A stretch of 63,178 nucleotides of DNA, the filler included, from Folioceros fuciformis (Eukaryota): assembly GCA_049999805.1 (NCBI GenBank). It is 4 parts of 4 records of this genome, joined end to end, with 100 filler letters (N's around TTAATTAATTAA, not from the genome) between each part and the next. Parts side by side here need not be neighbours in the genome. Positions count along the whole stretch, not along the records: positions 21,583 to 50,877 come from JBNGIO010005382.1; positions 50,978 to 60,309 come from JBNGIO010005383.1; 2 more parts are not named here. One strand, 5' to 3'. Of this stretch, positions 50,505-60,409 are shown one piece after another. The first letter of the stretch is position 1. Each line of letters begins with the position of its first letter. The notes below the pieces were generated by a model. It did not search any database. It was not told the origin of the DNA and was given only the letters and a program-made list of their open reading frames with translations. The position numbers were made by a program, and so were the translations under genes.

Positions 50505-50877
50505 ATGGGGCAGGAGGGAGAGGTTTCGGAAGAAGTGCAACCTGAGTCGGGGTGGTACGTGCTGGGAGAAGCGCAGGAGTTCCTGGGCCCGTATGATGTG
50601 CTTCAGCTGCAAGATCGCTTCGGCGCAGGGCAGGTGACGGAGAACAGCTATGTGTGGACGGAGGGCAGGAGCGAGTGGGCCACACTTGCAGGCATTCCTG
50701 GTCTTCATGCCAAAGTGACGGCAGCTAGGGCTGGGGGAAGGGTTGCTGGCAACGGGCGGGGGGCCGTCTTGAGCAGCGGCCCGGCCGTGCAGCCTGTCGG
50801 GGGAGACGTAGATGATGATTACCGCAAGTGGCAGGAGGAGATACGGAAGGCGGAGGAGGAGGCTGCGGCATTGAAGG
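50505..50877 (+). CDS. ELF9: 5' part of a GYF_2-domain splicing factor (ELF9 / HTATSF1 / UAP2-like), truncated by the gap
   Basis: GWYVLGE.Q..LGPY....L...F..G......VW.EGRSEW..L..IP.L followed by DDDY.KWQEEIRKAE.EA. Confidence 0.75.
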
Positions 50878-50977
50878 NNNNNNNNNNNNNNNNNNNNNNN
50901 NNNNNNNNNNNNNNNNNNNNNTTAATTAATTAANNNNNNNNNNNNNNNNNNNNNNNNNNNNNNNNNNNNNNNNNNNN
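50878..50977. other. Assembly gap with artificial stop linker
   Basis: N44-TTAATTAATTAA-N44. Confidence 0.97.
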
Positions 50978-53900
50978 CATGGACTCAGAACGAGCAGATG
51001 CTAACCAAGCCTCATCAAAAGTGACAGTGCGAGCATATACAATAGCATGGGTATCCAAGTCAACCAGTTTATAAGCCTTACAGTCCTCGCCATAGCCAAC
51101 AAATACCAGCTTGCAAGCACGAGCAGAAAGCTTGTCGCGAAGTTGAGAAGGAATATTAGCATAGGCGGGGCAACCGAAAATCCGAAGATGAGTAATAAAG
51201 AGGCTTATATCCATGCCAAGACTCAAAGGGTGTCTGGTCAGGAACAGACTTGGAAAGTACCCTGTTGCGGAGATAAGCTGCAGTATTAATCGCTTCGGCC
51301 CAAAATGGTTTGGGGAGTTGAGTGCAAGCTAGCATAGCGCGGGCCATGGCGAGCAGATTTCTGTTGGCCTTTTCAGCAACCCCATTCTGCTGAGAAGTGT
51401 AGGGAACCGTAAATTGACGGAGAATCCCCCTCTCAAGAGAGAAATCCTTAAATTGCCGGTTATTTAATTCCCCTGCATTGTCAGATCTAATACACCGAAG
51501 CTTGCAACCGGTTTGCAGCTCGGCCATAGTGACAAAAGGAGCAAAGGAGCTGAAGGAGTCACTCTTCAACTTGAGCAGAATAGCAAAGGTATAATGACTA
51601 TAGTCGTCAACAATAGTCATAAAATGCAGTGCACCGCCAAGTTAAAGGACGGGAAGTGGACCACAAATATCAACATGGACCAACTCCAAGGGCTGAGTAG
51701 CCCGACGGGCAAGGAAAGTAGGTTAGGGGAAGCTACGTTGTTTAGCATATATACAAGGTTCACATAATAGTGGAGTCTGTGAAAAGTGAGGTAGCTTATC
51801 CCGAAATAAATCTTGCCTAGACATCTCGAGAAGCTTAGCATGATTGATATGTCCAAGCTGAGAATGCCATAATAGGGAGTCACCTTTGCGGGAACTCCCT
51901 CTGTCGACCGCAGTTGCCATTGAGGAAGATGGGGTCAAGGAAGCCATGAGCACTGGTACGGTGAAGAAGACATAGAGATCATGCCGCGGACGACCTCTGG
52001 CAACCACGCGACCAAGAGCAACAGATCTTGTGAGGAGGCAATCGCCTCTTCCAAATTCTAGCCGGAATATACCGTCCTTCACCAAGTGTCGAACGGAAAT
52101 AAGATTCTTCGCCATTTGGGGAACATGCAGCACATCACTTAGAAGAAGCACAGAACCATCTTCAAGAGTAAAAGTAACAGTGCCAGTGCCCGCAATAGTA
52201 AGGCCAGAGTCGTCGCCGAGAAGAACAAAACGTTGATCTTCGGCAGGGAGATAATCAGAAAACAGATGACGATGGCAGCATATATGCACGGAGGCAGCGG
52301 AATCCAATAGCCAAGAGGTCTTATATTCAAAAGCCACCAAGCAGATTGTGAGGGCAATGCCGGCCTATTTTTGTGTGGAGGTCGAGGCCATATTGGCAGT
52401 CTTAGAAGGACGTCGAGGCTCGCCAACTTTCTTCTTGCGGCAGTCAGGCTCCCAGTGGCCTGGTATTTGACACCAGTTGCAGGTACTAGGTACCAGGCTT
52501 GCGGCCGGAACTAGCAGGTTTGGATGCCAAAGGTCCACGACCAGGAGCCGAAGAAGGCACAGTGAAGGGCCGTCTATCAGGAGGAAGAGGACAACGTCGC
52601 TGGTGGGGCTGGTGGGGTTGGTGGCGTTGACGGCCTTTGCTAACGAACATAACTCGTTCACCACCATGCTTCGAAGTGCCGGCGTTGTATCTGGAAGCCT
52701 CCTCTTGAAGGAGAGTGCTGGCAATTTCGGAGATGGAAATGTTGGGTTTGCGGCCAGCCTTTACCGCCTGATGAGCCTCTCAAACAGTGCCATTCTGAGA
52801 GGACACAAATGCTTGAAAGCTGGCAGGAAGGGAGGCCAGCAGTTGGACACAAGCTTCNNNNNNNNNNNNNNNNNNNNNNNNNNNNNNNNNNNNNNNNNNN
52901 NNNNNNNNNNNNNNNNNNNNNNNNNNNNNNNNNNNNNNNNNNNNNNNNNNNNNNNNNCAAGATGATGAAGAGTGACTTCATCGAGGCCCGAGATAAGGAT
53001 ATGCATAGCTAGCTTGTCTTGTTTCAACCAAGAGTCGTGGGCAGGTGAAGGCCCATTAGGTTTGGTGATAGATCCATTAACTATGCTAAGTAGATCTCTG
53101 GTATTCAAGACAGAACGCGTACGTTTGGACCATATCTCGAACTTAGTGCCGTCAAAATGGTCTCTCTTTGAATTTAGAAGTCACATTCATATAATTAATG
53201 ATAGGAGTAGGGGGCATGTTTGATGAGGAAGCCATCGTGATAGAAGCAAACAATAGTGATTAGATAGAAGCAGAAAAGAAATACAAGAAGGACTCTGCTA
53301 ACTTCAAGTTATGACGAGAAGCCAAGTAGTCTTCAAATATATATATATTGATATATCAAATCTTGAAGAGGATCAACTCAAATGGTATACGAATAAAAGT
53401 CCCGAAAGTCAAGCAGCCCAATGAATGATGCCATGATTACTAGGGCCATAAACAGTAGAAAGATGTTGAACTGCTTGGGCAATTGAATGCACCGACTCAG
53501 AGAGCTGATTAAGATAATCCCAGAGATGACGACACTCCAGTTGAAATAGCTCTTGAGGAGTAGCACCAGCTTGCTGATAAAGGTAACGCTGAGTGGCAAG
53601 GTCGTCAGGTTGAAAGTGCAGCGACAAGGGCTCTTGCTTGATGACTGAAGCCGGAAAAACTGGACACTCCACCGCCAGAAGCTGCGTATAAGGAGGCGAG
53701 GAGCACCGAATAGTTGCAGGGGAGGGTTGTACAGGTACGCCAGAAGATCCAAAGGAACACACCATGTGGGCCCCACTAGATACCCCAAGTCTGTTCGGAA
53801 GCCAGGAAAATGAGGTATCAAAGGACAGAAATCGGTAAGAAACGGGGGATCCGTTTCATACCCATGTGAAAGAAGTTTCATTTGTTTCATGCTCCAAATG

Positions 53901-55300
53901 AGTTTCATTGGGTGGGTCAGAAACGCCCCCGCCCGATAAGAAACTCGATTTAAGTTGGCAGCTGGGGCATTGTTTCGCTACTTAGCAAGGTGGACGCACG
54001 CATAACCACCAGATCCCCCCTAGGAATTTCACCCCCGCCGATCTGGGCCGAAACTCCTCTAATCTGAAGTTCGCAAGATGCAGAAGGGGCACCCATCCTA
54101 GGCGACCTTGCTGGTAAGAGATCTGAGCCGGCGCCGTCCAGAACCACCACTAAACGACCAGAAACCTCCAGCTTCAAATCCTTTGAAATCTCGGGCTAAT
54201 TGAAGGCTGAAGGAGGCATGCTTCTTAGGGTAGAGGCGCCCAGCACGGGCGTCCACACTAGCCAAGTCTCATAGCCAGCGCACACTCCAGCGCCATACGA
54301 CACCTCCTCAAAATTTCTTGATGCTCCGACATTGTGTACTAAAATCGGAGCCTGTGCTTGCTCAAATCTGGACTTAAGGGGATCAAAAGGAGTGCCATGG
54401 GAGGGCGCCCTACCTGGTGGAATCTCCTGTGTTGAGACATGATCAGCTTTCTTCTGATAGCAGGCTTTTCGTGTCGTAGCAGATGATATAGTATGATGAT
54501 GATCCGACTGGTTAGAACGTTGTGACGATGAATTCTTAGATTGCTTGAAAATCCTCTTGTGAAAGATGACACAAAGTCGTTTTCTAGGAAGAAACGGGAT
54601 AGCACGTAGACTATCTTACTCCCTACGGTATTAAACAAAGAAGAATTCAGCCTGTTATGATAGTAGGATCGTCGAGGGTGCACACTTCGTCTACTTTTCC
54701 TTCTACTTTTCCTTCTCCTATCTGATTCTCCGCTTCTCTTAGCTTGATTACTCTTGTAATTGTGTCTTCTTGCCATGTTATAACTTTGGATGAAATGATA
54801 AAGAAACAAAGTGTTGAGCAAGAGAGAATGATAGGAGTGCTAGAAGCGTTGGAAGAATAAGATTGAAGAATGAGAGTGGTAATTAGACATGAAACTTTAA
54901 TGAATATAAAAGTTAATCATAGAAGAAGCCAAACTATTTTATTAGAAAAAACATGTTTGGTTGAATATAAGAGAAACTATGAATAAGTATAAAATAGCTT
55001 CATATTACAAATACCAAAGGCATAAGAAAGACGTTGCATATTAGAAGAACATTTAGATTCATATCACAATGCATGATGACCTCAGTAATCAAACTTGTGT
55101 TCTGATACCAAGTTTGTAGTGCTTTGCGGAAGCGTTTGATCAAAGATAGTGCTTTACTAATTGATAAAATTGATTACAAGAGGTAGGCTTTTATAGCATG
55201 TGTCTGAAGAGTTGTACCTCTTCGGTACTAGATACTAAAGGGTATGACCACGCTGGGTTTAGCTAAGTTAACCATAACCAACGCAGTCTGTACTTCTAAC
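50978..55300 (-). mobile_element. Degenerate Ty1/copia element: 5' LTR, PBS, long leader, gag, protease, integrase; internal 100-N gap at 52858-52957
   Basis: Minus-strand PBS tggtatcaga (55110-55101); gag FDGTKFEIW; knuckle CNWCQIPGHWEPDC; protease WLLDSAASVHIC; GAG-pre-integrase LWHSQLGH; integrase IRSDNAGE and YTSQQNGVAEKANR; LRIFGC. The LTR outer end is approximate. Confidence 0.9.
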
Positions 55301-55311
55301 TATACCCGCTC

Positions 55312-56495
55312 TGGTAAGGACAACATCTAGGTGGTGACAGATAGGTTTTCTAAGGTCTGCCACTTCATTCCTGTCACCTCGACCATCACTGCCCCCAAAC
55401 TAGCCACCCTTTTTATCCGTGAAATCTTTCGACTATATGGAACACCAGAGGACATTGTGTCGGACAAGGACACGAAATTCACCTCCAGGTTTTGGAGGAA
55501 CTTCATGGACACACTAGGCATCAAACAGACATGTCTTCAGCCTACCACCCAGAGACAGACGGCCAGACAGAGAGGCAGCATCAGGTGTTAGAAGACATGC
55601 TTCGTCATTTCACGCACGAGAAACAAATGAAGTGGGAGGAGCTCCTTCCCTTGCTGGAGTATGCGTATAATTCCTCGAAGCACGCCGCCACAGGGGTTAC
55701 TCCCTTCAAACTCCTGTATGGTGAAACACCCCCGCCTTCGGACTTATGGCTCAACAGTCAAGACAAGTGGCGAAGAGCTGCCAAAATCGCCGAGGACATC
55801 TGGCACGAGGTCAAGATGGCTCGACACAAGCTTCAAGCAGCACAAGACCGGACCTACATCATAGCAAACCGTCACCGACCCGACGTCAGCTACTTCGTTG
55901 GCCAGTTTGTCTGGCTCTGAGTCAAGCCTCACACAGGTACCTTGACATGATTCGGCAACACAACAAACTCACCTACCGCTTTGTAGGGCCTTTCCGGGTG
56001 TTGAAACGCATCAACAAGGTTGCGTACCAGCTTGAACTGCCCGCCGACTAGTGCCTTTGCCGAACATTCCATGTGTCCCTGTTGAAACTAGTAATCCACC
56101 GTCGTGCTGACCTTCCCTCACTACCGACACCAACTGAGTCTGTACCAGTCCCCAGCCCTGAGGGGGCATCAAGAATGCCCTCCATCCCATCCTCAGTCAC
56201 CCATTCCAGCACACAGACTCCCGTCCCCTCTCCGGAGGCCAGCCACAGTCTTCTCCCTGAAACCCTCCCGACGGTATCACCAACTCCCCACCAACCAACC
56301 CGCATCCTCCAGCGTCGAGAGCGGCATCTCCGGCACCGACACATCCGTGACTTCCTGGTTGCATGGGAGGGCGAGCCCGATTCCGCCGCAACATGGGAAC
56401 CTGAGGATTTCTATCTACAATTCCCCCATCTGTGCACGCAGATTCCAGATGGCCAGGAGGACCCGGCCCCAGCAAGTGTCGTAGCATTATCTTAA
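55312..56495 (+). mobile_element. Ty3/gypsy chromovirus 3' fragment: integrase plus chromodomain
   Basis: VVTDRFSKVCHFIP; YGTPEDIVSDKDTKFTSRFW; SSAYHPETDGQTER; KLTYRFVGPFRVLKRINKVAYQLELP; chromodomain FLVAWEGEPDSAATWEPE; stops and frameshifts. Confidence 0.9.
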
Positions 56496-56818
56496 TTCAA
56501 GTACGAAAAAGAGAAGAATAAAAGTAATTACCTTAATATAATTGGACTCTACACACCTTGGCTATCGAAATCTATGTTGCAAAGTTTAGAGTATGAATAC
56601 AATGATTCATCTCAGCATAAATGTGTTCTTGGATGTGCCACTATATATGTTGTAGCACTATCATGATTTAATCACTAAAAATACAAAAGGTCATTTCCTT
56701 CACCCCATTCGGACTTTCCACCCCATGGCTATCCATAAGAGGGTCCCACTCACAACGGGATTGGTAAACATTGTAGCAAACCTTTTTGGCATTTCAACCT
56801 TTTCTTTTTGCTATAAAT

Positions 56819-57913
56819 ATGGCCAATGGAGGCACTAAGACATGGGTAGATGAGTGGCTACAGCCATACGGTAATTCAGTATCAGAAGGCCTCGTTCAAG
56901 TTTATGAGTTAGGTCGTTTGATGTTTCCATGGTCAACGCCCAAGGAGCGTTTGTTGTCTATTCAACCTAATGTACCCACTCTAGATTTCCATGTGCCAAA
57001 TCCCAATTTGGATCAAATCAAGATCATTGCTAGAAGTATAACTCATCTGCAAGAGGACCAAGCCCCCTTGCCTCCCACATTGGAGAGCTTAAAACAAATA
57101 ACAGTGGATCCTAAAGTAGCAGTAGTGGCTCCATATCCAACTTCGTCAGTGACGAAGTATGGGCATCAGAAGTATCACGGAGTGACTTGGCACAAGAAAA
57201 CATGCCACTTTAGTACACAATGGTTCCAAAGGGGCTCGGCAAGTGTCGATAGATCACTGGATGTTCAGTCATACTTTGGCGAAAAGGAGTCCGCTGAGGA
57301 AGCAGCCTTTTTGAGAGATAGTGTGTTGGTTAAGATGTTTCTTTGTGGATACAACTTTCCGAATGCTCAAAAGTTCAATTTTCCAGTAGAGCAACATCTA
57401 GAGCGAATGCAAGACCCTGAAGTAGTGTCCATGAGAGACTGGCGAGAGTATTTGTTTTTGTCGAGACACATGTATTCAGATGGCATGAAAAGTGTGCTCA
57501 CTCGTGACCTAGGAATGAGGGACATGAATCAAGGGCATCATATCAATTCTAATGGCAATGCCCCTGTTTGTAGGCATGGTGTGTATGTAAAATACAAATC
57601 ACACCAAGAACCAGAATATGTGGTGTATGTCTTCGACGCTGAAATGGGCCATCATCGAATTGTTCCAAACATTAAATGGGATGAGTTGAGAAAGGATGTC
57701 GTCGAAGAGAAATGGGAAGATTACGAGGAAGCTGCAATTGCATATGATCGTGAGGTAGTCAAGATGGGGGACTATGACATTCGCAAGCTTAACTATCCTT
57801 TGGAGAACTATGTTGACGAATTGTTAAATTCAACGAAATTTCAAATGGAGCTTTTGAAGTTTCATGTGTGTATGCCAGAGGAGGCCAATCCATTCAAAGA
57901 CATGTTTGGATAG
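56819..57913 (+). CDS. Intronless, highly diverged double-AP2-domain protein; start codon uncertain (56819 or 56921)
   Basis: Repeat 1: KYHGVTWHKK...SYFGEKESAEEAAFLRD...KM...FNFPVEQH. Repeat 2: RHGVY...EDYEEAAIAYDREVVKM....KLNYPLENYVDEL. The ORF is uninterrupted for ~364 codons. Confidence 0.7.
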   Translation: MANGGTKTWVDEWLQPYGNSVSEGLVQVYELGRLMFPWSTPKERLLSIQPNVPTLDFHVPNPNLDQIKIIARSITHLQEDQAPLPPTLESLKQITVDPKVAVVAPYPTSSVTKYGHQKYHGVTWHKKTCHFSTQWFQRGSASVDRSLDVQSYFGEKESAEEAAFLRDSVLVKMFLCGYNFPNAQKFNFPVEQHLERMQDPEVVSMRDWREYLFLSRHMYSDGMKSVLTRDLGMRDMNQGHHINSNGNAPVCRHGVYVKYKSHQEPEYVVYVFDAEMGHHRIVPNIKWDELRKDVVEEKWEDYEEAAIAYDREVVKMGDYDIRKLNYPLENYVDELLNSTKFQMELLKFHVCMPEEANPFKDMFG

Positions 57914-58049
57914 TGAACAATTGCACTCGAGAGGCCTTCGAGAGGGCACACAAGGGCTACCTGGTAGCAGCAAAAGTTGGGTAGTAGAAGAGTAGGACCC
58001 TTTTTTTTTCTTTTTTTTTTTACCAACGACACGCTTCTCAATGAAACAA

Positions 58050-60094
58050 GGATGATGAGCAGGCCAATCAAGTCGTCCGCCCAGGAGCAGAAGCTACCAC
58101 AATCAGTTAGCAGGAACCCTACGAAACACTCATGTTTTTATCGTATATCCAGCTGATATGAAACAATTAAGTAGATTCTAATTAATAGATAAAATGCCAG
58201 TATATGGAATATCTGGATAACTAAAAGTTGTTATACCAGTAGAATCTCAAGAAGTAGGGTAGTTGGGCGGGCAGGCACAGCCTTCTTGGCACTGCTCGCT
58301 AAACATGTATTTGTAGCAAAACCGAACATGAAGAGAATGTCCATTTTCCTAAGAGCTGGAAACGAGAGCTGCCCGTAACATCTTTGGTATCAGAGCCACT
58401 GAGCTAGTCATCCTTAGATCCAGGATCGAGGCCGGCAGCCAGGATCCAGAGGCCGAGTTTGGGAGCACCTAGAGGTGGTAGCAATAGCTTCCCACACAAC
58501 CATCACCAGCGATAGAGAACGGACCAACCGTGAGGAAGTCAGAAAACGAGGAGGAGTCTTGGAAATCTCTCCAGCAAAGGTAGCATGGACAATCATGCCT
58601 TGGCCCCGGTAGAGAAGCCAGCAATCTCCAGCGCAAGCAAGGAAGAAGACCCATTCGAAGGAATTGAAGAGAGGGTGCGTCGCCGCGCACAACAACACCT
58701 CCGCGATTCCGCAGGAGGCCATCTCGCCCGCGTTCCACCACCGGGGCCAGAATTCGCAAAAGTGCTAGCTTCCCAGAAGCGTCTCGCTGACTACGCCGCA
58801 GAGCCAGTACGCCGGCGATGCGGGCGCCCAAGGAAACACAGCACTCCAGCAAAATTGCGCCACCCTTCTGCACAAAACACAGTCGGTGAGCCAATCGGGA
58901 GTGAAGCAAATCGGGCAGACACCTTGTGAAGAATGGAGGAAAGGACAGCCAGCGTCGAACATACCTGCGACGAATTGCGCTCATCCTTGTCTAGACAAGA
59001 CCAACAGCTGGCTAAGGTAGAGCGGGCTGTCGACCGGATCAAAGTCCATGTGGGGGAGGGCCAAGCCTGACTGGAGAGGTAGCTAGAGGGTGTGCTCTAG
59101 ACGCTGGAGCAACCAACACCCCCAGGTGCTCACCATTTCCCACCCTCGGACGCTAAGGTGACCAAACCTCTGCCATCAGTGGATGGGACACACCTCTCCA
59201 CACCTGTGGATGGAAGACTATCAGGAGCGACCCGTCCTAACACGGGAAGGGGAGAAGAATGGAGGTACACCAACGTACCTTGTGCCGAGAAGGAATCTCA
59301 CCTTGAGGATGTGGAGCTGAGGAAGAAACTCATCGTAGAACTCCAACCTGGCGAAGAAGAGAACAAGGACATCAAAGCAATGGTGAGGCGTCTGCAGATG
59401 ATGAGATATGAGCATTGGGAATGCCAACGAGGGGTTGAGTGGAGAAGCACAAGGGGGAGAAGAATACCCATTCAAACCGAAGCCCCAGCTCGACAAGGAG
59501 CTACATCGGAAGATCAAGACCACAACGTTCGACGGAAGTGCCAAAGATGCTCAAAGTGTGCATGACTGGTTAGACAAACTCGACAAGTACCTTGCAGCCT
59601 CAAACAAAGACGATTTGCAAAAGATCCACTTCTGCGTGATGCCGCTTGAAGGATATGCCTATCGTTGGTGGCGCTAGAGAGAAAAACAGGTGGACCTCGG
59701 CATGGAACCACCTGTGTACTCCTGGCCAGTCCTCAAACAGCTCTTCTTGGAACAGTTTAGGAACCAGTGAATCATCGCAGAGACTTGTATCGACAATTCC
59801 GAAAGATATTCCAACAAGGTAGTGTACAAGAATACTATGATAAGTTTCTTCAACTCACACTTGACATGCCCAGGCTGGATAAAGGAGCAAAAGATCGAGA
59901 AATTCATCGACGGACTGAAATTCGAAATGAGAGCGGATGTGAACCAAACGAACCCAGCAACTTTGGTCGAAGCGATGAAAGCAGCCATCAATTACAGTAC
60001 GAACAAATACAAACACTTCTCTTCTGCAGGTGTCCCTTCAAGCCTAAGTGGAACAAGACAGCTAACGCGTGTGAACCTCCAAAGTTTGGGGTAG
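58050..60094 (+). mobile_element. Ty3/gypsy 5' fragment: LTR end, tRNA-Met PBS, degenerate gag
   Basis: ..gtaaca(58380) followed by tggtatcagagcc (58385-58397); gag FDGSAKDAQSVHDWL; LEGYAYRWW; QQGSVQEYYDKF; EKFIDGLK.E.R; NPATLVEAMKAA. The LTR start is approximate. Confidence 0.8.
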
Positions 60095-60309
60095 TAGTTT
60101 GTTTTGGTTGAAAAAGGGTTAATAGTGGTATGGTTTGGTTTTCTTTTTCACCTTATTTTCCCTAATTTTTCTTTATTTTATGGTCATTTTTCCTATTTTT
60201 CTTTGTGCTAATTAGGTTAATTGACCAGGAAATAGTTGGTTTGGTTATAAGGGTGGGTATAGGTCTGGTCCCAGACCTGGGAAGGTTTAGGTTCGGTACC
60301 AGGCCATAG

Positions 60310-60409
60310 NNNNNNNNNNNNNNNNNNNNNNNNNNNNNNNNNNNNNNNNNNNNTTAATTAATTAANNNNNNNNNNNNNNNNNNNNNNNNNNNNNNNNNNN
60401 NNNNNNNNN
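60310..60409. other. Assembly gap with artificial stop linker
   Basis: N44-TTAATTAATTAA-N44. Confidence 0.97.

Noticed and set aside
50505-50877. Truncation of the ELF9-like gene by a copia insertion
   Set aside because: The ORF ends at an assembly gap and linker, so its relation to the copia element is unknown.
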